Below, one piece after another: positions 33,042 to 42,234 of a DNA stretch of 64,000 nt; positions within the stretch are counted from its first letter, which is position 1; each line of letters begins with the position of its first letter. The DNA comes from Alphaproteobacteria bacterium (lineage in GTDB: Bacteria > Pseudomonadota > Alphaproteobacteria > MPNO01 > UBA830). The stretch is from the NCBI GenBank assembly GCA_964291215.2, contig OZ219790.1, positions 2,464,001-2,528,000 on the forward strand, read 5' to 3'. The notes under the pieces are model-generated. The model saw only the letters and a list, made by a program, of their open reading frames with translations. It was not told the origin of the DNA and searched no databases. The translations under genes were made by a program, and so were the position numbers.

Positions 33042-34447
33042 ATGCCTGGCGATGACGGTCATCAAAGCCATCCGGGCCAGGGGCTGCTGCGCCTGAGCGC
33101 GGCGCTGGTCAGGGAGAACGACGCGCTGGAGCGGGAGAACGCCCACTTGCGCGAGCGGATTGCCGAACTCGAGCGCAGTGCCGCGCTCGACAGCACCACC
33201 AGCTCCCGGTCGCCGGCCAGCGACGGTCTGAAGAAGAAGAGCGGACCCCAGCGCACCCGGAGCGGCACGTCCGACAGGCGGCGGCCAGCCACAAGGGAAC
33301 CACTCTGGAGCGGACCGCGACGCCCGACCACGTCGTCGATCATGATCCCTGCGCCTGTGCGGGCTGCGGCGCGCCGCTGTCGGCCGCTGAGCGTCACCGA
33401 GCCCCCGTCTGCCGGCAGGTCTTCGATGTGCCGCAGCCCCTTGAGGTCACCGAGCACCGCTGCCTCTGTGCCGCCTGCGGCACCGTGACGACAGCCGTCT
33501 TCCCGAACGGCGCCCCGGTCCAGTACGGGCCGCGTATCACCGCGTGGGGGACCTACCTGCTGCACGCGCAGTTCATTCCGGAGAAGCGCGTCGCCGAAGT
33601 CATGAGCGACCTCTTCGCGGTCAGGCTCTCAACCGCCACCATCGCCGCCATGGGCAGACGCACCGCCCGGCGCTTCGAGGGCTTCCTCGACCGTGTCGGC
33701 GAGATCATCCGCACCGCGGCCCCGGTCAAACACCTCGACGAGACCGGCATCCGCATCGCCGCCCGGACCCAATGGCTCCACGTACTGTGCACCCCGTTGC
33801 TGACCATCCTGCGCATCGCCGCCGGGCGCAGCCACATCGACGAGAAGCTCAACGGCATCGTCATCCATGACGACTACGCCACCTACTTCGCTCTCCAAGG
33901 CGTGCGCCACGGGGCCTGCAATGCCCATCACCTGCGCGAACTCCAAGCCCTGATCGAGATCGAGAACTGGGCAGCCACCACGCACCCGCTCCTCAGCCGT
34001 GCCAACAGAGCCGCCCGCTTCGCCCGCAAGAATGACCGCGACCTGCCCGCTTCACTGGTGGCCCGCATCTCCCGAGCCTGGGACCGCATCCTTGAGCAGG
34101 CCATCGCCTCTCACGAAGAGATGGCGCCCCTCCAGAGCGGAAAGCACGGACGACAAAAGCGCCGCATCGGTCACAACCTCGCCCTCCGGCTCCAGAAATA
34201 CAAGGAGGGCTGCCTGCGCTTCCTCACCGACCCGAGAACCCCCTTCTCGAACAACCAGGCCGAGCGCGACCTCCGCATGGGCAAGCTGCGCCAGAAAATC
34301 TCGGGCGGCTTCCGATCAATGCAAGGCGCCCGCGACTTCGCCAGCCTGCGTTCCGTCATCGCAACAGCCCGAAAGCAACGCTGGAATGTCCTCGAAACCC
34401 TGGCGCATCCCGATCCCATGCAGCTGATCCCGAGACTGCGCCTCTGA
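33042..34447 (+). pseudogene. tnpC: IS66 TnpC (ISBst12-type, no tnpA/tnpB), frameshifted near 5' end
   Basis: SSRSPASDG, QYGPR, HLDETG, IHDDY, CNAHHLREL, FSNNQAERDLR..K.KISGGFRS; two frames. Confidence 0.9.
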
Positions 34448-34798
34448 AATCCCCCGCCGCTCGCCTCCGCGTCCGCGGCAGCAGACCGGAAGCTTCAGTC
34501 CATAACCCGTGGCTGATCGCCGGAAGCAGACCTGGGCAGTTACCTTCTTTCTTGCGACGCGGCGGCTGGCCGACGATTGGGCCTACGGCCACCAGGTGGC
34601 GGAGACGTTCTGCGATCCGGCGCGTTTTGCGGGCACAAGGCGGCGGGCTGGCGTGCACTGAGCCGGACCAAGGGGTTTGCCCGCGGGCGCTACACCGACC
34701 CCCATGGCAAGGAGATTTTCGTTGTGCGGCGCGACGGCTGCTGTCGCAGGCGCTGCGGTAGCGCCGCCTGCCTCCTCGCTCCCCGGGGTTCCGAGGTA

Positions 34799-35733
34799 AT
34801 GCGTTCGCTGCACGAAGAGTTGACGGCGATCGAGGACTTCCGCCGCGCAGGAAGCACACGGTGTGCTCACGTTCTCGCCGAGCTTGCGAACATGAAAGGC
34901 AGCTGCGCAGTTTGCGCGGTCGCTGTCTCAGGACGAACTCGAGGCCATCGGCGGAACCCGAGGACGGAGCTGCGCGAGCCGCCCTCCAAGGCGACCCTCC
35001 ACAGGGCAGTCGATCGACCCCGAGGCGCTCGAGGATGTGCTCGGCCGCGGGCTCGCCCGGGCGCTTGCCGCCGACGGCAAGCGCATCCGCGGCGCCAACC
35101 GCAACGGCCACCACGAGACCGTGGCTCTCACGCCTCCGGCGCACCCTTCGCGCTGTTGAATTTCGACGACGGTGAGCTGGCGGCCACCTCCTCGAGCGCA
35201 CCGATGTCCGCGGCAAGGTGATCACCCGCACGACGCCGGCAGCGCTGATCACCCGGCGCTGCGGCGCAGACTATGTCTTCTCGGTCAAAGGCAATGCGTC
35301 CGAAACCTTCGACATCCTCGACGGCATCGACTGGGAGCCAGCGGCCGCTTCAAGGAAGAGTAAGGCCCGCCTCGAGCAGCGCGTGCCGCTCAAGGGCTTG
35401 ATCAACCACCCCGGCCAGATCGCCCGCATCAAGCGCTGCCGCGAACCGCTGGGAAAGAGCGCCAGCGGCGCAGCGAGCGGCAACGACTGTACATCATCAC
35501 CTCGCTCGATGCGCAACACGCGTCGCCAGAGGAACTGCTGCGGCCGCGGGCCGTGGAAAACATGAACCACCGAGACTGCGTCTTCGGCGAAGACGCCTGC
35601 CTGACCCGCAAACCGCGCCAGCCTCAACAACATCGCGCTCGCGGTGATCTTCGCCAACCGACGCGAGAGCCTCGCCGAAACACGGCTGCAGCTCGACCGC
35701 CGAGAAGCCGTCGCAGCTCTGATTCGGCCCTGA
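34799..35733 (+). pseudogene. ISAs1 transposase, frameshifted
   Basis: PPSKATLHR, DGKRIRGANRNG, GADYVFSVKGN, ENMNHRDCVFGEDAC. Confidence 0.8.
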
Positions 35734-36594
35734 GCGCCAATGGCGTCCGGCCGATTTTCGGATGCCGCCCACAACCCGCCTACATCTCGAAAACAACCCG
35801 CCCACGCGCCGGCAACGCCGCCGGCGACGACCGCGGACGGCCCCGAAGCCAGAAAACCCGGCAGGTTGTACAACCTGCCTCCATCAGCAGTCGACAAGAT
35901 CGAATGCAGCGTGAGAAAGTCCTGAGATGACGGGCGGGCCGGTTGCGGGGAGCGCGTTCGAGCGTCATATTGTGCGCTACATTGCCGAGCGCATGAACCT
36001 GACGCCGCCGTTGCTGGAGGCGTCGCTGCGCCGGACGAAGCCGGATCGCTGGGAGGCGCTGATGGGCACAGTCGCACAAGCCTGGATCGAACAGGGAAAA
36101 GCCGAAGGAATCGAGACGGGAAGAGCCGAAGGAATCGAGAAGGGAATCGAACGGGGCCGAATACAGACCTTGGCGGAACTTCTTCTTCGTTAACTGGCGT
36201 TGCGCTTCGGTGATGTGCCGGATGCGGTTCGCGAGCGGGTTCGCAACGCGTCGGCCGCCGAACTGGAGGCCTGGGTGGAGGCGGTGCTGGTGGCGGCGAG
36301 CCTTGATGAGGTGCTGACCGCCGGACCCGGGCGCTGAACCGGCGCGGCCGACACACACACTTGCGTGGCGCGCGCGACATGACCATTGACTTTGGCGTCC
36401 TGAACAGCGCGGTCAGCGCAGGCTGCTGGCATGTTGCTCCGGTTGCGGGTCGGCTTCGAATACCGGCCTCGATTCCCTGACAAGCGCTGAGCCCGGTTTC
36501 GTTTGGAGCTGGGGATTTTCGGGTCAAGAGATACCGGGACGGTTTCGCGCGTGGAAGGAACCTGTGGGCTACGGCGGCAGACAGGTTATTCGGG

Positions 36595-36851
36595 CTTCAG
36601 ATCCCGGCGCTCCTGCGCCGAAAGGGTCACCCGGTAGAGCTTCCTGCCCTGAGAGTTGGCCATATGCGCCGCTCCTGTCATTGCGCCGAAGACCTGCGAG
36701 CATGCCCGTTGTCCGGACCTGCGCATGGGGCCGCTGCTGCCTGCCCGTTCGGCATCTTGCCCGTGTGGATATCGGCACTGCCCGGATTCCAACGAACGCC
36801 GACACGGAAATACTACCCACAAAAACCATCAATACAATGTCGGTGAACTAC
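36595..36851 (-). mobile_element. IS630 5'-end fragment (copy 3)
   Basis: Homologous to 9542-9799 (RKLYRVTLSAQERRDLK). Confidence 0.85.
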
Positions 36852-37232
36852 TGGGATGGGGAGATGCCGGACTGGAATCGCGGTATAGACCCGCGACGTC
36901 AGACCCAGCGAGTTGAGAGTTGTTCCGCGCCTCCGGCCAGACCATAGCGGTTGAACAAATCGGCGATCGTCCGGCGTCAAGCGTCGTGTTGGCTTCGTCG
37001 ATCGCGATTTGAATCTGAGAAACTCCAATTCTGACCAGTATTTCTTGAAGGGGATACGAGGGTCTAGCGTGGACCGTGCCGGGGTCTTGGCGTGCGGGTG
37101 CTGTTCTGGTTGTCTTGCTGGCTGAGTCCGCAAAACCGCAAGTTTCGGGTTGGCTACGTTCCCATGGTGGCCCATGATCCGGTCCTGTCGGCGGTCATCG
37201 TGGCCGGACGGCGAAAGCGAAGGAAAGTCGAC

Positions 37233-38210
37233 ATGTGTCAGGACATCGAACAGGTGGAATCCAGATACGGCCGCCATTGGCCGGATGGCGATGAAGCGCC
37301 GCCGGAGCGGTCTTCGGACCGCGCGGCTTTCGATTATGCGCGAATTGAACGTGCGTTGCGGTTCGTAATCGAGAATGTCGAGGCGCAGCCGCGCCTTGAG
37401 GATATAGCGGACGCGGCGGCGCTGAGTCCATTCCATTTTCAGCGCCTGTTCACCCGCTGGGCGGGCGTCAGCCCGAAACGGTTTCTCGGCTACCTGACTC
37501 TCGAACATGCCAAGCTCGCACTCGAGCGGGGCGCCGGCGTGCTTGAGGCTTCCGTGGAGGCCGGACTCTCGGCCCCGTCGCGCCTGCATGATCTGTTCGT
37601 GACCTTCGAGGCGATCACGCCCGGCGAGCACCGGACAGGGTGCGACGGTCTCGAGATATTCTATGGCGTGCATACCGGACCGTTCGGGGATTTCGTCGTC
37701 GGGGCGACCGATCGCGGCATATGTGCGCTGGAATTCCTCGATAGCGGCGGGCCCGAAGCCGCGATCGCGGCCATCTCGCGACGGTACCCCGGTGCGGAAC
37801 TGAAATATGGATCGCAACGCACCGGGGTGCTGTGCCGCGCGCTGTTCGATAGCCGGGGCGGCGGATCGCGCCGTTCTCCACAATTGTGGTGCCGCGGCAC
37901 CAATTTCCAGGTCAGGGTGTGGGCTGCGCTCCTCTCGATCCCGTCGGGCGCGCTTGCTACCTACAGCGATGTCGCACACGCTATCGGTGCACCGTCCGCC
38001 GCGCGCGCCGTCGGCAACGCGGTGGCCGCGAACCCGATTGCCGTCCTCATCCCCTGCCATCGCGTGATCCGGGCGACGGGGCTGTTCGGCACCGGCTACA
38101 GGTGGGGAACGGAACGCAAGCTGGCGCTGATCGGACACGAGCAGGCCCGGTCGGCGGCGCCTCCGGGCGCCGGCGGTCAGTCGATGCCGAGCACATCGAG
38201 CATGGTGTAG
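37233..38210 (+). CDS. ada: Ada-like AraC HTH / O6-methylguanine-DNA methyltransferase
   Basis: LSPFHFQRLFTRWAGVSPK HTH; GTNFQVRVW, ARAVG, active-site PCHRV; no Zn-binding Ada N-domain. Confidence 0.9.
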   Translation: MCQDIEQVESRYGRHWPDGDEAPPERSSDRAAFDYARIERALRFVIENVEAQPRLEDIADAAALSPFHFQRLFTRWAGVSPKRFLGYLTLEHAKLALERGAGVLEASVEAGLSAPSRLHDLFVTFEAITPGEHRTGCDGLEIFYGVHTGPFGDFVVGATDRGICALEFLDSGGPEAAIAAISRRYPGAELKYGSQRTGVLCRALFDSRGGGSRRSPQLWCRGTNFQVRVWAALLSIPSGALATYSDVAHAIGAPSAARAVGNAVAANPIAVLIPCHRVIRATGLFGTGYRWGTERKLALIGHEQARSAAPPGAGGQSMPSTSSMV

Positions 38211-38986
38211 TAGCCCGGCGGCCGGTCCTTCGACCAGAGCGCAGCGTGCACGGCGCCGCGCGCGAATATCTGCCGCGACTGTGCCTTGTGGGTCAGTTCC
38301 AGGCGTTCGTCCTCCGCGGCAAACACCACCGTGTGTTCGCCGACCACGTTGCCGCCGCGGAGCACGGCAAAGCCGATATCTCCGCGCCCGCGTTCACCGG
38401 TCTGCCCGTGGCGGGTCCAGGCCGCGGCGTCCTCAAGGCCGATGCCGCGGCCCGTTGCGGCGGCCTCTCCCAGCCCGACCGCGGTGCCGGAGGGCGCGTC
38501 CACCTTGTGGCGATGGTGCATCTCGACGATCTCGATGTCGAAGGTATCGTCGAGCGCGCCGGCAACCTGACGGGTCAGGGCGAAGAGGAGATTGACAGCG
38601 AGGCTCATGTTCGGAGCGTGCATGACGACCGTCTTCTCGCCTGCCTGTCTCAGGATGCGGCTCTGGGCCGCATCGAGCCCGGTCGTGCCGATGATGTGGG
38701 GCACGCCGCTCTCGGCGGCGAGCGCCGCATGTCGGGCCGTCGGCTCGGGAAGGGTGAACTCGATGACCGCGTCTGCGTCCGCGAACACCGCTTCGGCGCT
38801 GTCGGAGATCTCGATTCCTGCCGGATCGATCCCGGCCACGGCGCCCGCGTCGTGGCCGATGGCGTCCGATTCGGGCGCGTCGCAGGCCGCGCCGATCCCG
38901 CATCCTTCGGTAAGCGCGATCTGGCGGATGATCGCGTGACCCATCCGGCCGCCCGCGCCGATGAGTCCGATTCTCATGTCGGTCAT
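38177..38986 (-). CDS. dapB: 4-hydroxy-tetrahydrodipicolinate reductase
   Basis: GAGGRMG, IGTTG, EMHHRHKVDAPSGTA, VGEHTV. Confidence 0.97.
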   Translation of the reverse strand: MTDMRIGLIGAGGRMGHAIIRQIALTEGCGIGAACDAPESDAIGHDAGAVAGIDPAGIEISDSAEAVFADADAVIEFTLPEPTARHAALAAESGVPHIIGTTGLDAAQSRILRQAGEKTVVMHAPNMSLAVNLLFALTRQVAGALDDTFDIEIVEMHHRHKVDAPSGTAVGLGEAAATGRGIGLEDAAAWTRHGQTGERGRGDIGFAVLRGGNVVGEHTVVFAAEDERLELTHKAQSRQIFARGAVHAALWSKDRPPGYYTMLDVLGID

Positions 38987-39068
38987 ATATACGCTCCTCC
39001 CCGCCGGTTGCAGCCACGCCGGCAGGTTCTAGCACATCCGGGCGATTCCGGTCGCGCAACGCCCGCCT

Positions 39069-40190
39069 TCACGGGTCACTGTCCGCATTGTCCGCGCCGA
39101 GCGCCGGCGCCCGGCGCGGGTCCGCGCCGCCAGCTCGCAGTTCCGCCACGATCGGGACCGGCAGCGCCGGAATTATCTCCCCGTCCGCGTTGATCAGCTC
39201 GGCCCTGAACAGGCCGCGTACCTGGAAATGCGGATCGTCGAGGGCCTCGCGGACCGTCCGGACAACGGTTGCGCAGCAATCCGCATCCGCAAGCACCCCC
39301 TCCCAGTGCGACGCCGGGCGTGCCGCAATGATCTCCGCGACCCGCGCCGCCGTTATCTCCGGTGCGCTGCAGTCGTCGCGCAGCTCCTCGTCGAGCTCGA
39401 TCGCCTCGGCGAACGATGCCCAGAATCTGTCTTCGAGCGGCGCCGCGGCGACCAGGCGTCCGTCTGCGGTCGGGTAGAGGCGGTAGCGCGGCGAGCCGCC
39501 GGTGACGAGTTCGCCACCCGGAGTCGGCCAGGTGCCGCTGCCGAAGGCATTACCGAGCGCCCAGTATATCAGCGGGAACAGGTTGTCGGTCATCGCGATG
39601 TCGAGCCGCGTGCCGGTCCCGCTCTGCTCGCGCTCGCGGAGCGCGAGCAGGATGTTCATTACTGCGGGATAGGCGCCTCCGGCGATGTCGGCGATCAGCA
39701 CCGGCGGAACCACGGGCGCCTCCGCGTCCCCCGGGCTCAGGGACAGGAGCCCGGTGTCGCCGATATAGTTGAGGTCGTGCCCGGCCACATCCCGCTTCGG
39801 CCCGTGCTGGCCGTAGCCGGTGATCGAACAGTAGATCAGCCCCGGATTGACCGCCCGAACCGTATCGTAGTCGAGACTGAGCCGCGCCATGACGCCGGGG
39901 CGGAACTGCTCGATCAGGACATCGGCGCGCGCGATCAGCGGCTCGAGGCGCTTGCGGCCAGCCTCGTCCTTCAGGTCGAGTACGAGGCTCTTCTTGCCGC
40001 GGTTGAGGAGTGCGAAATTGACGCTCTCCGCCCCCCAGTGCGGCGCGTAGCCGCGCATCTCGTCGCCGCTCCCGGGACGTTCGATCTTGACCACCTCGGC
40101 GCCGGCCTCGGCAAGCAGGAGACTCGCCATCGGCCCCGGAAGGAGGGTCGAAAAATCCACCACGAGGACGCCTTCGAGCGGTCCTGTCAT
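39069..40190 (-). CDS. CaiB/BaiF class III CoA-transferase
   Basis: LLPGP, GAEVVKIERP, NRGKKS, QFRPGV, SITGYGQ.GP, GHDLNY, ADIAGG. Confidence 0.93.
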   Translation of the reverse strand: MTGPLEGVLVVDFSTLLPGPMASLLLAEAGAEVVKIERPGSGDEMRGYAPHWGAESVNFALLNRGKKSLVLDLKDEAGRKRLEPLIARADVLIEQFRPGVMARLSLDYDTVRAVNPGLIYCSITGYGQHGPKRDVAGHDLNYIGDTGLLSLSPGDAEAPVVPPVLIADIAGGAYPAVMNILLALREREQSGTGTRLDIAMTDNLFPLIYWALGNAFGSGTWPTPGGELVTGGSPRYRLYPTADGRLVAAAPLEDRFWASFAEAIELDEELRDDCSAPEITAARVAEIIAARPASHWEGVLADADCCATVVRTVREALDDPHFQVRGLFRAELINADGEIIPALPVPIVAELRAGGADPRRAPALGADNADSDP

Positions 40191-40271
40191 TGTCGCATCT
40201 CCTCTCTCTGCCGATGGCTGCAATTCCCGCCTGCGCGCTTCGCGAGAAGGCGAGCCGGCCACCGCGTGCTA

Positions 40272-41438
40272 CTATCTCGCGACGAAGCTGCGGCCGATGA
40301 ACTGGCGATGGATCTGGTTGGTACCCTCCCAGATCTGAGTGATCTTCGCATCGCGCATCAGCCGTTCGACCCGATAGTCCGCGCAGTAGCCGTAGCCGCC
40401 ATGCATCTGCACCGCTTCCGTTGTCATGCGCATGGCGAGGTCCGAGGCCCGCATCTTGGCGATCGAGGCGGCGACGCCGATATCCTCGGTACCGGAATCG
40501 ACCAGCGCACCCACATGGTCGAGCCATGTCTCGAGCCCGGCAAGCTCGGCGGCGAGGTCGGCGATCATGAACTGATTTCCCTGGAACTCGATGATCCGGC
40601 GGCCCGACTGGCTGCGCTCGTTCATGTAGGCGACCATGTCGGCGAAGGCGGCCCGGGCGATGCCCCGCGCATGGGCGGCTACGCTCGGCCGCGACTTGTT
40701 AAGCGACGCCAGCAGCAGACGGAGCCCGTCTCCAGGGCCGCCAAGCAGGTTGGCTCGCGGAATGCGGCAGCCCGAGAACGACAGCTCGGTCGCCGACGAG
40801 GCGCGGTGGCCCATCTTGCGCTCGTTGCGGATGGCTGCGAACCCGGGAGTATCGGTCTCGAGGACGACCGCGGAAATCGCGGCTCGGTCGTCGTTGATCT
40901 CCGACCACTTGCCGAACAGCAGGATCAGGTTGGCAACATCGCCGCTGGTGATGAACGTCTTGCCGCCGTCGATCACGATTTCGTCGGCATCGGGCGTGAA
41001 GCGCGTTCGCATCGCCGTTGCGTCCGATCCCGCTGACGGTTCGGTGATGGCGAGCGATGCAATCCCGCCTTCGGCGATGCGCGGCAGCAGGCGCGTCTTC
41101 TGTTCTTCGCTGCCGTGGTCCACGACCGGTCCCATGGCGTGGTAGTTGGTGGCGTAGATGATTCCGGTCGAGGCGCAGGCCTCCGAAATCACACTGACGC
41201 ATTCGAGATAGAGGCGGTAGCTCATGGGCGAGCCGCCATAGGCCTCGGGGATGAATATCGCGTTGAGTGCCAGTTCGTTGAGCGCGTCGACGCTGGTCCG
41301 CGGGAACGTCGCGGTCTCGTCGAAGCCTCCGGCGTTCGGAGCGACGACCTCGTCGGCGACGCGTCGCACCTGGTCGAGAACCAACGTTTCGGCCTCTGTC
41401 CAGTGGCGCTGGCGCGCGATCTGTTCGAATACCTTCAT
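40272..41438 (-). CDS. Acyl-CoA dehydrogenase
   Basis: AITEPSAGSD, G.KTFITSG, QMHGGYGY, RDAKITQIWEGTNQI. Confidence 0.95.
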   Translation of the reverse strand: MKVFEQIARQRHWTEAETLVLDQVRRVADEVVAPNAGGFDETATFPRTSVDALNELALNAIFIPEAYGGSPMSYRLYLECVSVISEACASTGIIYATNYHAMGPVVDHGSEEQKTRLLPRIAEGGIASLAITEPSAGSDATAMRTRFTPDADEIVIDGGKTFITSGDVANLILLFGKWSEINDDRAAISAVVLETDTPGFAAIRNERKMGHRASSATELSFSGCRIPRANLLGGPGDGLRLLLASLNKSRPSVAAHARGIARAAFADMVAYMNERSQSGRRIIEFQGNQFMIADLAAELAGLETWLDHVGALVDSGTEDIGVAASIAKMRASDLAMRMTTEAVQMHGGYGYCADYRVERLMRDAKITQIWEGTNQIHRQFIGRSFVAR

Positions 41439-41480
41439 GGTCGGTTCCTGTGCTGCGTCCGGGTCTGCCGCCAGGCGCGG

Positions 41481-42197
41481 TCAGTGGTGCATGCCGTGAC
41501 CGCCGTCGACATAGATCGTCTCGCCGGTGAGGTAGGGAATGGCGTTGGTCATCAGGCCGGCGACGAGCGTGGCGACATCCTCGGGCGTGCCGGGCCCGCC
41601 GGTCGGTATGCGCCCCTCGAGCCAGCTGCGCACCTTGGGGCGCGACAGGTAGTCGCGGTTCAGGTCGGTCGTCACGTAGCCAGGGGCTACGTTGAGGACG
41701 CGGATGCCGTCTCCGGCCCATTCGACGGCGAGGCACCGGGTGATCGCGCCCACGGCGGCCTTCGAGGCGCAGTAGGACAGCGCGTGTGGCACCCCCATCT
41801 TGTCGAAGAACGATCCGATATTGACGATGGTGCCGCGGGTCGCCCGGAGATGGGGATAGGCCTCGCGCGAGGCCAGCATCACCGCTGTGGCATTCAGCCG
41901 CATCACCTTCTCGAAATCTTCAAGCGCCAGGTCGGCGCTCGCCCCGCCGATATGGTGCCCGGCGTTGTTGACAAGGCCGGCCACTGGCCCGTCTTCGGCG
42001 ACCGAGGCGATGGCCGTAGCGAGCGCGGCCTCGTCGGTGAGATCGCAGGCGATGGCGCGCCCCGCCTCCGCGGTTCCTGATCGTGAGATCGAGACCACGC
42101 CGAAGCCGGCGCCGTCGAGCGCGCGCACGATTGTGGCCCCGATGCCGCGGCTGCCTCCCGTCACAATGACCTGCCCCGATCCGCGATCGTTGCGCAT
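41481..42197 (-). CDS. Short-chain dehydrogenase/reductase
   Basis: TGGSRGIG, NNAG, YCASK, VDGG. Confidence 0.93.
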   Translation of the reverse strand: MRNDRGSGQVIVTGGSRGIGATIVRALDGAGFGVVSISRSGTAEAGRAIACDLTDEAALATAIASVAEDGPVAGLVNNAGHHIGGASADLALEDFEKVMRLNATAVMLASREAYPHLRATRGTIVNIGSFFDKMGVPHALSYCASKAAVGAITRCLAVEWAGDGIRVLNVAPGYVTTDLNRDYLSRPKVRSWLEGRIPTGGPGTPEDVATLVAGLMTNAIPYLTGETIYVDGGHGMHH

Positions 42198-42234
42198 GTC
42201 CAGCCTCCCTCTGTCACGATGCCGCCGTCGCTCG

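Larger units (their letters stand above)
32187..34543 (+). mobile_element. IS66 family B element carrying a DNA adenine methyltransferase passenger
   Basis: TIRs GTAACTACCCAGGT / GTAACTGCCCAGGT; perfect 8-bp TSD CTTCTTTC (32179-32186, 34544-34551). Confidence 0.95.
31955..34745 (+). pseudogene. DUF4338 (DruA-like) gene of the ISAs1 element, split by IS66-B
   Basis: YLGFRCLAGLRHVA, FPNLASFF | RRLADDW.YGH, AETFCDPARFAG, AAGW.ALSRTKGF, KEIFV across frames. Confidence 0.7.
30417..35924 (+). mobile_element. ISAs1-family element with DUF4338-like gene, carrying nested IS110 and IS66-B
   Basis: TIRs CAGGGTGATCTTACGCT / CAGGACTTTCTCACGCT; perfect 10-bp TSD AGATGACGGG (30407-30416, 35925-35934); DGKRIRGA, ADYVFSVKGN, VFGEDAC motifs. 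Confidence 0.85.
29826..36337 (+). pseudogene. Rpn/YhgA-like PD-(D/E)XK nuclease with DUF4351-like C-terminus, split by a 5.5-kb ISAs1 insertion
   Basis: PHDALFR, SFVDE, CDVLF, LLEHKS, IPLVFYHG (29826-30416); C-part 35925-36337 with EGIE/G repeats and LRFG.VP; in-frame TAA at 36191. Confidence 0.85.

Noticed and set aside
33240-33440. Programmed frameshift in IS66-B tnpC
   Set aside because: No slippery motif seen and the shifts coincide with small deletions, so decay is more likely
36340-36590. Possible ncRNA or tRNA remnant after rpn
   Set aside because: No cloverleaf or recognisable family pattern could be supported
38177-38210. Convergent overlap of ada-like and dapB
   Set aside because: Short 3' overlaps are ordinary in GC-rich genomes
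39228-41036. Long 602-aa antisense ORF and similar shadow ORFs
   Set aside because: Opposite-strand shadows of real genes in high-GC DNA with no motifs
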